The position numbers and the translations under genes were made by a program. A model generated the notes under the pieces. That model was not told the origin of the DNA, made no database searches, and saw only the letters and a program-made list of their open reading frames with translations. From an uncultured Chloroflexia bacterium (GTDB lineage Bacteria > Chloroflexota > Limnocylindria > Limnocylindrales > CSP1-4), in assembly GCA_963739365.1 (NCBI GenBank), contig CAVUAG010000016.1:88863-152862 (forward strand): a stretch of DNA of 64,000 nucleotides. The letters are read 5' to 3'. Numbering within the stretch: the stretch's first letter is position 1; every line of letters starts with the position of its first letter. Positions 31,505-42,784 of this stretch are shown piece after piece.

Positions 31505-32212
31505 ACGGACGATCTTCTCGTTCGCTGGCTGACGCTCGCCGGCGCCCGGGTCGCCGCCGCCCGTGAATGCCTCACGGACCTCGACGCCGCGATCGGTGAC
31601 GGCGACCACGGGATCAACCTGGACCGCGGCTTCCGCGAGCTGGTCCGGCGCCTCGAGGCGGGGCTCCCGGGCGCCGACGTCGCCGCGCACGAGACGGCCG
31701 GCCGCGATCCTCGAGGGCGCCGGCCGCGCGCTCATCGGCTACCGTGGGCGGGGCGAGCGGCGCGCTCTACGGGCGGGGCTTCCAGCGGGCCGGCGCAGCG
31801 CTGCTCGGGCCGAGTGGCGACGCGAGCGCCGCCCGAGGGCCGGTCCGTGGAGGAGCGCGCCGTCATCGCGTTCGGCGCCGCCGTCGACGCCATTGCCGCC
31901 CTGGGCCGGGCGACGACCGGCGAGAAGACGATGCTCGACGCGCTGGTCCCGGCGCATGCCGCGTTCGCGGCGGCCATCGCGGGCGGGGCGGCGATCGGCC
32001 TCGCGGCCCGGCGAGCGGCCGAGGCTGCCGAGGCCGGCGCGGCGAGCACCATTCCGCTGCTCGCGACCAGGGGCCGCGCCAGCTACCTGGGCGAGCGGTC
32101 GATCGGCCACCTCGATCCCGGCGCCGTCTCGAGCGCGATCCTGCTTCGAGCGCTGGCCGACGCCGCCGGGGAGGATGACGGCCCCGGCCCGTCAATCCGG
32201 ACAAAGTCCTGA
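31501..32212 (+). pseudogene. dhaL: DhaL (Dak2) domain protein, paralog 2, at least 3 frame breaks
   Basis: GTG at 31501 (GTGA with the dhaM-1 stop). Motifs LDAAIGDGDHGINLDRGF, GGASGALYG, GEKTMLDAL and [20 protein letters not shown] are distributed over three frames. Confidence 0.75.
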
Positions 32213-32468
32213 CGATTCCTCGCGGTGCGGAGTCGTAACCTTTCCGCAACGGTGCTCCCGGGCACCGTGCGCCGGCCGCGCCCAGCGGTCGCGCGGCCAG
32301 GGGCCGTGGCCGCGACACGACGGGAGGGTCGCACCCGAGAAGATCGTTCGGTGCCTTGACCGGCGAGCCCCCACCGGGTGCTCACTCGCCGGACCCTAGG
32401 TTCGATCGGCGACGTGGCGTCGCCCCTCGCGCGATTGGCGCGCTTCCTTCAACCCAGAGGGAGAGAGC

Positions 32469-33239
32469 ATGCAACTCGATATCTTCATGGCCGAGGTCTT
32501 CGGGACGATGATCCTGATCCTCCTCGGCGACGGCGTGGTCGCCGGCGTTCTCCTCGCCAAGTCGAAGGCGAACAACGCCGGCTGGGTCGTCATCACCTTC
32601 GCGTGGGCCTTCGCGGTCTTCGCCGGCGTCGTGGTGGCCGGGCCGTTCAGCGGCGCCCACCTCAACCCGGCCGTGACCATCGGCATCTACGCGAATGACC
32701 TCCTGGCCGGCAACGAGATCGACGCCGCCCTCTTCGGGACGTACATCGCCGGCGAGATGATCGGCGCGATGATCGGTGCCTTCCTCGTGTTCCTCCACTA
32801 CTACCCGCACTGGGCCGTGACCGAGGACCCGGGCCTCAAGCTCGCCGTCTTCTCGACGGGCCCCGCGATTCGCAACACCGTCTGGAACTTCTGGTCCGAG
32901 GTGGTCGGCACCTTCGTCCTGGTCTTCGTGATCTTCACGCTTCGGGAACAACGTCGGGTCCCGGAGACGGGTGGCCTCGCGTCCCTCGGCGCCCTGCCGG
33001 TTGCCTTCCTCGTCCTCGTGATCGGCATGTCCCTCGGCGGGACGACCGGATACGCGATCAACCCGGCCCGCGACCTCGGGCCGCGGATCATGCACGCGAT
33101 CCTGCCGATCCCCGGCAAGGGCAGCTCCGACTGGGCCTACTCGTGGATCCCGGTCGTCGGCCCGCTCGTCGGCGGCGTCGTCGCGGCGATCGTCTACCAG
33201 CTGATCTTCGTCACCACGATTGTCGAGGCGGCCTCCTGA
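32469..33239 (+). CDS. glpF: Glycerol uptake facilitator (aquaglyceroporin)
   Basis: 256-aa intact ORF with two NPA motifs (HLNPAVT, INPARD). AGAGGGAGAGAG lies upstream of the ATG. Confidence 0.92.
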   Translation: MQLDIFMAEVFGTMILILLGDGVVAGVLLAKSKANNAGWVVITFAWAFAVFAGVVVAGPFSGAHLNPAVTIGIYANDLLAGNEIDAALFGTYIAGEMIGAMIGAFLVFLHYYPHWAVTEDPGLKLAVFSTGPAIRNTVWNFWSEVVGTFVLVFVIFTLREQRRVPETGGLASLGALPVAFLVLVIGMSLGGTTGYAINPARDLGPRIMHAILPIPGKGSSDWAYSWIPVVGPLVGGVVAAIVYQLIFVTTIVEAAS

Positions 33240-33355
33240 CCGAGGCTGGTTGACACGCACGCACCGCGCGCCGGCGGCCCAACGGCCTCGCCGCCGGCGC
33301 GCATCCATCTCTCGCACGTTCCCGAGCACCCGGCACATCGGCATAGGAGGAACGG

Positions 33356-34354
33356 ATGAAGAAACTCATCAACAGCCCCGACACCGTCGTCGACGACGCC
33401 CTGATCGGTGTCGTGGCGGCGCACGGGGACCTCGTGCGCGTCATCGAGCCCAACGTGGTCGTGCGCGCCGATGCCCCCAAGGCCGGCAAGGTCGGCGTGC
33501 TCTCGGGCGGCGGCAGCGGCCACGAGCCGATGCACGGCGGCTTCGTCGGGATGGGCATGCTCGACGCGGCCTGCCCCGGCGCGGTCTTCACGTCGCCTGT
33601 GCCGGACCAGATGCTCGCCGCGACCAAGGCGGTCGACGGTGGCGCCGGCGTCCTGCACATCGTCAAGAACTACACCGGCGACATCATGAACTTCGAGCTC
33701 GCGGCCGAGATGGCCCGGGCCGAGGGGACCGAGGTCACCAGCGTCGTCATCGCGGACGACGTCGCGGTCAAGGACTCGCTCTACACGGCGGGTCGCCGTG
33801 GCGTGGGTGGGACCGTCCTCGCCGAGAAGATCGTCGGGGCCGCCGCGGAGGCGGGCGCCGACCTCGCGACGGTGACGGCGCTCTGCCAGAAGGTCCAGGA
33901 CAACGTCCGCTCGATGGGGATGGCCCTCACGAGCTGCACCGTCCCGGCCGCCGGCAAGCCGACCTTCGAGCTCGGCGACGACGAGATGGAGATCGGCGTC
34001 GGGATCCACGGGGAGCCGGGCCGGACACGGATGAAAGTCACGTCCGCGGCCGAGATCACCTCGATGCTCGCCATCCCGATTCTCGACGACCTCCCCTTCG
34101 TGGCCGGCGACAAGGTCCTTGCCTTCGTCAACGGCATGGGCGGCACGCCGCTCATCGAGCTCTACGTCGTGTTCGCGGAGCTCAAGAAGATCCTCGACGG
34201 GCGCGGGATCACGATCTCCCGCAACCTGGTCGGCAGCTACATCACCTCGTTGGAGATGGCCGGCTGCTCGATCACCCTCCTCCGCCTCGACGACGAGCTG
34301 ACGAAGTACTGGGATGCGCCGGTCCTGACACCGGCCCTCCGCTGGGGCCTCTGA
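33356..34354 (+). CDS. dhaK: Dihydroxyacetone kinase, DHA-binding subunit DhaK
   Basis: 332-aa intact ORF with motifs [16 protein letters not shown] and [10 protein letters not shown] (the hemiaminal His). Confidence 0.95.
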   Translation: MKKLINSPDTVVDDALIGVVAAHGDLVRVIEPNVVVRADAPKAGKVGVLSGGGSGHEPMHGGFVGMGMLDAACPGAVFTSPVPDQMLAATKAVDGGAGVLHIVKNYTGDIMNFELAAEMARAEGTEVTSVVIADDVAVKDSLYTAGRRGVGGTVLAEKIVGAAAEAGADLATVTALCQKVQDNVRSMGMALTSCTVPAAGKPTFELGDDEMEIGVGIHGEPGRTRMKVTSAAEITSMLAIPILDDLPFVAGDKVLAFVNGMGGTPLIELYVVFAELKKILDGRGITISRNLVGSYITSLEMAGCSITLLRLDDELTKYWDAPVLTPALRWGL

Positions 34355-34394
34355 AGCCGGGCGTCGTTCCCAGCCCACCGCCCGCAGAGCGGGC

Positions 34395-35048
34395 ATGGAG
34401 CCGCCGATGATCTCGTATGACGACATCCTTGCCTGGGTCCGCCGGTTCGCCGCCGTTGTGGCGGAGAACAAGTCGTACCTCACGGAGCTGGACTCGGCGA
34501 TCGGCGATGCCGATCACGGGATCAACATGGATCGCGGCTTCACCGCCGTCATCGACAAGCTGAACGGCCCGGACGGCCTCGCCGGCCCCGACATCGGGGC
34601 GGCCCTCAAGGCCGTCGGAAGCACCCTCATCTCGAAGGTGGGGGGCGCCAGCGGCCCGCTCTACGGGATGTTCTTCCTGCAGATGGGAGGCGCCGTCCTC
34701 GGGAAGGAAGCCCTCACGCTGGAGGAGTTCGCCACGGCCTTCGAGACCGGCCTGGGCGGGGTTCTCCGAATCGGGAAGGCCGACCCTGGCGACAAGACGA
34801 TGGTCGATGCTCTCATTCCCGCCCGCGACGCGCTCCGCGCCGCGATCGCCGACGGCGCGTCCGTCGGCGATGCCCTGGCCAGGATGGCCGCGGGGGCGGA
34901 GGCGGGGATGCTCGCCACGGTGCCGCTCGTGGCCCGCAAGGGTCGGGCGAGCTACCTGGGCGAGCGCTCGGCCGGGCACCAGGATCCCGGGGCGACGTCC
35001 ACGCACCTGCTGCTGCGGTCCGCCGCAGACGTCTGGGCCGGGCTCTAG
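34395..35048 (+). CDS. dhaL: Dihydroxyacetone kinase, ADP-binding subunit DhaL (paralog 3, canonical)
   Basis: Intact ORF with motifs [36 protein letters not shown] and [20 protein letters not shown]. The ATG at 34407 is an alternative start. Confidence 0.92.
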   Translation: MEPPMISYDDILAWVRRFAAVVAENKSYLTELDSAIGDADHGINMDRGFTAVIDKLNGPDGLAGPDIGAALKAVGSTLISKVGGASGPLYGMFFLQMGGAVLGKEALTLEEFATAFETGLGGVLRIGKADPGDKTMVDALIPARDALRAAIADGASVGDALARMAAGAEAGMLATVPLVARKGRASYLGERSAGHQDPGATSTHLLLRSAADVWAGL

Positions 35049-35086
35049 CCCGGCGTATCAAGGTCACCGGATATCGGGAGACAAAC

Positions 35087-36586
35087 ATGGCAAGGACTTT
35101 CGTAGGGGCCCTCGACCAGGGGACCACGAGCACCCGCTTCATGATCTTCAACCACGCCGGCGCGGTCGTCGCGGTCGATCAGATGGAGCACGAGCAGATC
35201 TATCCGAAGCCCGGTTGGGTCGAGCACGACCCGATGGAGATCTGGGCGCGCAGCCTGGACGTCATCAAGGGCGCGCTCAAGAAGGCCAACCTCAAGGCTG
35301 ACGATCTCGCCGCGGTCGGCGTCACCAACCAGCGCGAGACGACGGTCGTCTGGGACAAGCGGACCGGCAAGCCCGTCTACAACGCGATCGTCTGGCAGGA
35401 CACCCGGACGAAGGACATCTGCGACGCGCTCGAGAAGGACGGCGGCCCGGATCGCCTCCGCCCGAAGACGGGCCTGCCGCTGGCGACCTACTTCTCCGGC
35501 CCGAAGGCCAAGTGGGTCCTCGACAACGTCGACGGCGCGCGCGCCGAGGCCGAGGCGGGCAACCTGCTCTTCGGCAACATCGACACCTGGTGCATCTGGA
35601 ACCTGACCGGCGGCGTGAACGGCGGCGTCCACGTGACGGACGTCTCCAACGCGAGCCGGACGCTCATGTTCAACTACACCACTCTCGCCTGGGACCCGGA
35701 GATCACGGCGCTCCTCGGCGTGCCGGAGAAGATGCTCCCGGCCGTCAAGGCGTCGTCCCAGATCTACGGCATGGCCGTCGGCGACCTGGCCGGCGTCCCG
35801 GTCGCGGGTGACCTGGGCGACCAGCAGGCCGCCCTGTTCGGCCAGACGTGCTTCTCGCCCGGCGAGGCGAAGAACACGTACGGCACGGGCTGCTTCATGC
35901 TCCTCAACACGGGCACGAAGGCGGTTCCGAGCAAGAGCGGCCTCCTCACCACGCTCGCGTACAAGATCGGCGACCAGCCGGCCGTGTACGCGCTCGAGGG
36001 CTCCATTGCCATCACCGGCGCCCTCGTGCAGTGGATCCGCGACAACATCGGCCTGATTGCTGCGTCGCCCGACATCGAGGCGCTCGCCGCGACGGTCGAG
36101 GACAACGGCGGTGTCTACTTCGTGCCGGCGTTCTCGGGCCTCTTCGCGCCGTACTGGAAGAACGATGCGCGCGGCGTCATCGCCGGCCTGACCCGGTACG
36201 TCAACAAGGGCCACATCGCGCGTGCCGTCCTCGAGGCGACCGCGTGGCAGACCCGCGAGGTCCTGGACGCGATGAACGCCGACTCCGGCGTTCCGCTCAC
36301 GGCCCTCAAGGTCGACGGCGGCATGGTCTTCAACAACCTCCTCATGCAGTTCCAGTCCGACGTCCTGAAGGTTCCGGTCATCCGGCCGAAGGTCGCCGAG
36401 ACGACGGCCCTCGGGGCGGCCTACGCGGCCGGCCTGGCGGTCGGCTACTGGGCTGAGATCGAGGACCTCCGCGCCAACTGGGCGAAGGACCACGAGTGGT
36501 TCCCGAAGATGGATGCCGCCAAGGTCGACGCCGAGTACGCGCAGTGGAAGAAGGCCGTCACCCGGACATTCGGCTGGGTCGACTAG
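35087..36586 (+). CDS. glpK: Glycerol kinase
   Basis: 499-aa intact ORF with FGGY motifs ([41 protein letters not shown]). Confidence 0.97.
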   Translation: MARTFVGALDQGTTSTRFMIFNHAGAVVAVDQMEHEQIYPKPGWVEHDPMEIWARSLDVIKGALKKANLKADDLAAVGVTNQRETTVVWDKRTGKPVYNAIVWQDTRTKDICDALEKDGGPDRLRPKTGLPLATYFSGPKAKWVLDNVDGARAEAEAGNLLFGNIDTWCIWNLTGGVNGGVHVTDVSNASRTLMFNYTTLAWDPEITALLGVPEKMLPAVKASSQIYGMAVGDLAGVPVAGDLGDQQAALFGQTCFSPGEAKNTYGTGCFMLLNTGTKAVPSKSGLLTTLAYKIGDQPAVYALEGSIAITGALVQWIRDNIGLIAASPDIEALAATVEDNGGVYFVPAFSGLFAPYWKNDARGVIAGLTRYVNKGHIARAVLEATAWQTREVLDAMNADSGVPLTALKVDGGMVFNNLLMQFQSDVLKVPVIRPKVAETTALGAAYAAGLAVGYWAEIEDLRANWAKDHEWFPKMDAAKVDAEYAQWKKAVTRTFGWVD

Positions 36587-36602
36587 CCTCCCGGCCCCTC
36601 AC

Positions 36603-36636
36603 CTCGGGCCCCCCGGCACGTTCCGGGGGGCCCGAG
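36603..36636 (+). terminator. Strong GC hairpin after glpK
   Basis: ctcgggccccccgg-cacgtt-ccggggggcccgag forms a perfect 14-bp stem with a 6-nt loop, 17 nt after the glpK stop. There is no clear U-tract. Confidence 0.6.
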
Positions 36637-36703
36637 ACATGTCAGCCTCATGTCACCCGCGGGCCACGCCCGCACAAGGCACCGACAGATCGAGGTGAGC
36701 AAC

Positions 36704-38336
36704 ATGGCTGAATCCCACGCTTACGACGTCCTCGTCGTCGGCGGGGGTGCGACCGGGGCCGGGGTGCTCCGCGATCTGGCGCGGCGAGGCCTGCGCACGC
36801 TGCTTGTCGAGCGCGGCGACTACGGCACCGGCACCACCGGGCGGTACCACGGCCTTCTCCACTCGGGCGGCCGATACGTCGCCAAGGACGCGCTCGCCGC
36901 GCGCGAGTGCATCGCGGAGAACCGCATCCTCCGTCGCATCGCACCGGCCAGCATCGAGGACACGGGCGGCTTCTTCGTCGCCACGCCGGACGATCCCGAC
37001 GACTACGTCGATGCGTTTCCGGCGGCCTGCGTTGCCGCCGACGTCGACTGCGAGGAGATCCCGGTCCAGGAGGCGCTGCGGCGCGAGCCGGCCCTCAACC
37101 CCGGCATCCGCCGCGTCTTCCAGCTGCCGGATGGCTCCATCGAGCCGTGGCACCTCATCGAATCGAACATCGCGGACGCGCGCGCCCGGGGCAGCGAGGC
37201 CATGTGCTACCAGCGGCTCGTGTCCATGGAGCGCGACGGTGACCGGATCGTGGCGGCAACCATCCGCGACGAGCACTCCGGGAGCCTGACGCGCATCACG
37301 CCCCGGTTCGTCGTCTCGTGTGCGGGTGCCTGGTCCGGGCAGATCGCGGCGATGGTCAACGTGACCGTCACGATGCACCCCGGCAAGGGCACGATGCTCA
37401 TCTACAACCAGCGCATGACCGACACGGTGATCAACCGCTGCCACAAGGCCTCGGACGGCGACATCATGGTGCCCGTCCACACGGTTGCCATCCTGGGCAC
37501 GACCGAACAGCGCGTCGAGGATCCGGACCAGTACGAGATCACGCGCGACGAGGTGGCGGCCCTGATCCGCCAGGGCGAGAAGCTCTTCCCCGACCTCGGG
37601 AAGATGCGTCTCCTCCGCGCCTATGCCGGCGTGCGGCCGCTCTACCAGCCACCCGCCGAGGTGACCGCGGCCGCGGAGAAGGACGGCCGCCAGATCTCCC
37701 GAGCTCACACGGTCATCGACCACGGGGCCCAGGACGGCGTGGAGAACTTCGTCACCATCGTCGGCGGCAAGATGACGACGTTCCGGCGGATGGCCGAGGA
37801 CACGGTCGACGCGGTGTGCGCCAAGCTGGGCGTCACCGAGCCATGCACCACGGCCGACGAGATCCTGTCCCAACCAGGTGCCCGGCCAGACCTACTGGCT
37901 GGGCCACCGGTTGGCAGACCACGAGGCCGAGGGCGGTGGCGATGCCGCGCTTCTCTGCGAGTGCGAGCTCATCACGCGGCCGATCCTGGACGAGTACCTC
38001 GACCGCCACCCCGGCGCCACGCCCGACGACCTCCGGCGCGGGACCCGGCTCGGGATGGGTCCGTGCCAGGGCGGCTTCTGCACGTTCCGCGCCGCCGGCG
38101 TCCTCGGCGAACGGGCGGGGCGGGCAGGTCACGCCGCGGTTGCCGACCTGTCCGACCGTGCGATCCTGGGGTTCCTCCGGGAGCGTTTCAAGGGGACGCG
38201 GCCCATCGCGGCCGGCCGCCAGCTGCAGGAGCAATGGATGATCTCCGGCGTCTACCAAGGTGGGCTCGGGGTGGACTCGCTGATCGAGCACGTTGCGCCC
38301 CAAGCGTCCGCGGAGGTGTCCCATGTCGAGGGCTGA
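36704..38336 (+). pseudogene. glpA: Anaerobic glycerol-3-phosphate dehydrogenase subunit A, one frame break (about 37870)
   Basis: FAD fold YDVLVVGGGATGAG. The C-terminal BFD-like 2Fe-2S region CECELIT...GMGPCQGGFC lies in a second frame (ORF 37878..38336). Confidence 0.85.
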
Positions 38337-39646
38337 CGTCGTCGTCATCGGGGCGGGGCTCGCCGGGCTGACGGCTGCCATCACGGCGGCCGAGTCCGGG
38401 GCCCGTGTCCACGTCCTGGCCAAGGGTCCTGCCGCCACCGTCTGGGGACCCGGCGGGATCGACGTCGCCGGGATCCCGGCCGCATCGACACCCCGCGACG
38501 GCATCCGCCTGCTTGCGGCCCAGCCCGGCCATCCGTACGCCACCCTCGGCGAGGACGTCGCCGAGGCTCTCGAATGGCTCCGGCCGCTCCTCGCGGCCGG
38601 CGGCGCCGAGTACCTCGGCGACCTCGACACGCCGCTCCAGCTCGTCCCCACCTCCATCGGCGGGACCCGCCGAGCCGCGATCCTGCCTGCCGGGCAGGCC
38701 GCGCGCACGCTCGCCGTGGGCGCCGGGCGAACGCCTGATCATCTGCGGCGTAGCGGGCTTCAAGGACTTCTGGCCCGAGGTGATCGCTGCCAGCCTCTCC
38801 CGAGAGCGGCTCTGGGAGGGCGGCAGCCGGCCTGCCGCGGTGACGCCCATCAGCGTCGCCCTGCCCGGGCTCGGCGCCCGGCACAACCTCAACGCGCTCG
38901 TGATCGCGCGCCGCTTTGATGATCCCGCCTGGCGCGCGAAGGCGATCGATGCACTGGCGCGCGCGATCGAGGCGGTGCCGGGCTCGGGTGGCCGTGTGGG
39001 GTTGCCGGCGGTTCTCGGGCTTCGGCAGCACGCCGACGTTCTCGCGGCCCTGCAGAAGCGCCTCCCCGCGGCACCGTTCGAGATGCCCCTCGTCCCGCCG
39101 AGCGTGCCGGGAACGCGCCTCTTCGCCGCGCTTCGCGCCGCGCTCCTCCGGGCCGGTGGGCGCATCCAGATCGGAGAGATGATCGAGCGGGTCGAGCACG
39201 ACGGGCGCCGCGTGACGGCAGTCGTGTCGGCCGCTGCCGTCCGGACGTACACGGTCCGGACGGATGCCCTGATCATCGCCACCGGCGGGATTGCCGGCGG
39301 CGGACTGGTGGCCGAGCGCGACGGCCGTCTGCGCGAGGTCCTCCTGGATCTGCCCGTCGAGGCTCCGCCGGCCGACGATTGGCTCGCGGTCGACGCGTTC
39401 GATCCCGCGGGCCATCCGCTCGAGACGGCGGGGATACGCACCGACGCCGAGCTTCGGCCGGTGGCAGCCGATGGGGCGGTCCTGTTCGACAACGTCCGCG
39501 TGACCGGCAGCATGCTCGCCGGGCAACGGAGCGTCCGGGACCGCTGTGGCGACGGTGTCGCGCTCGCCAGTGGACGGCGGGCGGGGCGGTCGCTGAGCGG
39601 GGTCCCGGCCGGGCACACTGCAGAGCCGGGGAGCAAGCGACCATGA
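38324..39646 (+). pseudogene. glpB: Anaerobic glycerol-3-phosphate dehydrogenase subunit B, one frame break (about 38710)
   Basis: The N-terminus DVVVIGAGLAGLTAA is in one frame. The remainder (IICGVAGFKDFWP...IIATGGIAGGG...) is in ORF 38405..39646. It lies between glpA and glpC. Confidence 0.8.
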
Positions 39647-40984
39647 CGATCGCCGAGCTGATCACGGAGGCCTCCGAGCGCGCCGTCGGGTACTCGTCCG
39701 ACGAGTGTCTCAAGTGCAACGTCTGCGTCACGGTCTGCCCGGTGGCCCGGGTCACGGACCTCTTCCCGGGACCGAAGTACGTCGGGCCCCAGGCCCAGCG
39801 CTTCCGGACCGGCCGGGCCCAGCCGGTGCAGGTCAAGGGGATCGCGGTGGCCAAGTCGCCGGACGTCACCGTCGACTGGTGCTCCGGCTGCGGCTGGTGT
39901 ACCACTGCGTGCCCGGCGGGCGTGAAGATCGCCGAGATGAACAGCCAGGCGCGGGCGCGGATGAAGGCGGGCAGGCGCCCCAAGCTCCGCGACTGGGGCC
40001 TGGCTCAGACCGACCTTGTCGGCCGGATGGGCGTCCTCTTCTCGCCGATCACGAACCGGGTCCTCTTCAACGGGCCGATTCGCACGGCCATGGAGTGGAC
40101 GGTCGGCATCCATCGCGACGCGCCGTTCCCCAAGGTCGGGAAGCGAACGCTCCAGTCGACCTGGAAGCGGCGCGAGAAGCGTCGCGGCCCGCGGCCCCTC
40201 CCGGGCCCGGACAAGGCTGTCGTCTACTTCCACGGCTGCTCGGCCAACTACTACGAGCAGCACGTGGCCGACGCCGCGATCGCGATCCTGAAGCGCAACG
40301 GATACGAGACGATCATCCCCGAGCAGGTCTGCTGCGGCCTTCCGATGATCAGCAACGGGCTCTATGCCGACGCCCGCAACAAGGCCCGCACCAACATCGA
40401 CGCGCTGGTCGGGTACGCGCGCCAGGGCTACAAGATCGTCGGCACATCCACGTCGTGCACGCACACGATCAAGGCCGAGTACCACGAGATGCTCGACGTC
40501 AAGGACGACGACGCGACCGTCGTCGCGAACGCGACGTGGGACATCTGCGAGTTCCTCCTCGATCTCCACGAGCAGGGCAAGCTCAACACCCGGTTCGGCC
40601 GGCTCGACGAGGACCTGCCGTACCATGCTCCGTGCCAGCTCCGCTCCCATGGGATCGGCCTGCCGGCGATGGAGCTCTTCGCTCTCGTGCCCGGGCTCCG
40701 CGCGGCCGACATGGACCACGACTGCTGTGGGATCGCGGGCACGTACGGGATGAAGAAGGAGAAGTACCCGATCGCGCATGGCCGTCGGCGCTCCGCTCTT
40801 CGAGAAGATCCGGGCAAGCGGAGCCCCCGAGGCTGCCTGCGACTCGGAGACGTGTCGCTGGCAGATCGAGAAGGCGACCGGGACCCGCACGCGGCATCCG
40901 ATCGAGATCCTCCTCCAGGCATACCGACTCGGCGACGAGGCGGCAGGGACCCAGGGCAAGCCGCCCACGCCCGCCGCCACCTGA
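39643..40984 (+). pseudogene. glpC: Anaerobic glycerol-3-phosphate dehydrogenase subunit C (Fe-S/CCG domain), one frame break (about 40775)
   Basis: An ATGA overlap joins it to glpB. Ferredoxin motifs CLKCNVCVTVCP and CSGCGWCTTACP and two CCG-type cysteine-rich domains are present. The tail ...ETCRWQIEKATG...AAT* is in ORF 40778..40984. Confidence 0.85.
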
Positions 40985-40989
40985 GCAAC

Positions 40990-41268
40990 ATGGCGGGGAT
41001 CGAGGGCGGCGACTGGCGCGTCGTGGATGCCCGTCGGGAGGTGGATGCGCCCGAGGCCGTCGACGTCCGCCTCGGCGGCGTCGCCTTCCTCGTCAACCGA
41101 GCGGCCGGGCTCGGCCCTCTCCATGACGAGCGCGTCCTCGTGGTCCTCCTCGACATCGGTTTCTCGGTCCGGACCGAGGCGCGGATCGTGAAACTCCTCT
41201 CGATCGCCTGGATCGGCACCGTCATCTATGGGATCGCCCTCTTCGCGGCGATCCTTGCCGCCGCGTAG
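40990..41268 (+). CDS. Small hypothetical protein with a C-terminal TM helix (92 aa)
   Basis: The ATG lies 5 nt after the glpC stop and 2 nt before the dhaM-2 start. The C-terminus LLSIAWIGTVIYGIALFAAILAAA is hydrophobic. I recognise no family. Confidence 0.4.
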   Translation: MAGIEGGDWRVVDARREVDAPEAVDVRLGGVAFLVNRAAGLGPLHDERVLVVLLDIGFSVRTEARIVKLLSIAWIGTVIYGIALFAAILAAA

Positions 41269-41270
41269 GA

Positions 41271-41687
41271 TTGACTGCCATGGAAGCGCTTGTCGGAATC
41301 GTCGTCGTCAGCCACTCCGCCCAGATCGCTGCCGGGACCGTCGAGCTCGCCCGGCAGATGGCGGGCGACGACCTGCGCATCGAAGCCGCCGGCGGGATGC
41401 CCGACGGCTCTCTCGGCACCGACGCAGCCGCGATCATGGCCGCCATCTCGGCGGCGGACAGCGGGGCCGGTGTCCTCGTGCTGGTCGACCTCGGCAGCGC
41501 CGTGCTGGCGACGCAGACCGCGCTCGAGCTGCTCGGCGACGACGTGAGTGCGCGCGTCAGGCTCTCGGGCGGGCCGCTCGTGGAGGGCGCGGTGGTGGCC
41601 GCGGTCCAGGCGAGCGTCGGTGACGACCTCGCGGCGGTCCTCGCGGCCGCGGAGGAGGCCGCCAGCCTGCCCAAGATCCCCGGGTGA
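41271..41687 (+). CDS. dhaM: DhaM-like PTS EIIA(Man)-fold phosphotransfer protein, copy 2 (intact)
   Basis: 138 aa. VVVSHSAQIAAG carries the phospho-His motif, and DLGSAVLA and GPLVEGAV are present. It is paralogous to copy 1. Confidence 0.85.
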   Translation: MTAMEALVGIVVVSHSAQIAAGTVELARQMAGDDLRIEAAGGMPDGSLGTDAAAIMAAISAADSGAGVLVLVDLGSAVLATQTALELLGDDVSARVRLSGGPLVEGAVVAAVQASVGDDLAAVLAAAEEAASLPKIPG

Positions 41688-42761
41688 GCACGACCGCGGA
41701 GGCGGGCATCCCCGTCGCGCCGCGGCGCGTGGCACTGCTCGGGGCGGGCGCTGTCGGCACGCTCCTCGGCGGACTGCTCGCATCGGCCGGTGCCGACGTG
41801 GTCCTGGTGGACCCGTGGATCTCGGCGGACGCGGGCGACGAGGTCGTGATCCACGAGCCCGACGGCCGCCGCGTGGTCGTGCGCGTCGGCCGCGCAGCAA
41901 CCCCGGCGGCGCTCGCGGCTGCTCCCGACCTGGCCGTCCTGGCCGTCAAGACCTTCGACCTCGCGGGCGCGCTCGACGACCTCCGGGCGTGGCCCGGAAC
42001 GCCGGTCCTGACCATCCAGAACGGCGTCGGCGCCGAGGATCTCGTCACCGCTGCTCGTCCCGGCGTCGGGCACGTCGCGGGCTCGCTGACCGCGCCGGTC
42101 GAGCGCGAGGGCGCCCACGAAGTGCGCTGGCGCGGCCGGGGAGGCATCGCGCTGGCGCCGGTGGCCGGCCCGGTGGGTGGCCTGCGGGACGAGCTCGTCG
42201 GCATGTTCGCGCGCGCCGGTCTCCCGGCGCGCAAGCTCGACGACCCCCGCGCCATGAAGTGGTCGAAGCTGGTCGCGAACCTCGTCGGGAACGCGCTCTC
42301 CGCGCTCGTTGACCGCGACCCGGGGGAGATCTACGCCGACCCCGTCCTGTTCGACCTCGAACGCAGGCAGCTGCTGGAGGCGCTTGCCGTCATGCACGCC
42401 CAGGGGATCCGCGTCGTCGCACTTCCGGGAGCCAACGTGCCTCTCCTGGCCCTCGGTGTGCGGCTGCCCGCGCCGATCTCGAGGCGCGTCCTTGCCCGCG
42501 TGGTCGGGAGCCGCCCGGGGCGGGAAGTCGCCGTCGCTGCGGCTCCACCTCCGCGGCGGGGCGCCCGGGCCGTCGGAGGTCGCGTGGCTCAACGGCGCCG
42601 TTGCCCGGGCAGGCGAGCGCTTCGGGGTTCCCACGCCGGTCAACGATGCTCTCGCCGCCCTCGTCGATGCCGCCGCGGTGGATCCGGAGCTGGCGGCGTC
42701 TCTCGCGGCGGACCCGGGACGGGTTGTCGACCTCGTCGCCGCGTCACCTCGCCGACCCTGA
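41684..42761 (+). pseudogene. Ketopantoate reductase (PanE/ApbA) family NAD(P) oxidoreductase, one frame break (about 42510)
   Basis: A GTGA overlap joins it to dhaM-2. Rossmann motif VALLGAGAVG, then MKWSKLVANLVGNA. The C-terminal piece (EVAWLNGAVARAGERFGVPTPVNDAL) is in ORF 42309..42761. Confidence 0.7.
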
Positions 42762-42784
42762 CACCGACCCAACGGGAGGACACC

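Noticed and set aside
36636-36654. Inverted repeat GACATG-N7-CATGTC upstream of glpA, as a candidate operator.
   Set aside because: Its arms are only 6 bp, it immediately abuts the glpK terminator hairpin, and no second copy is seen upstream of glpF or dhaM. It is too weak to call.
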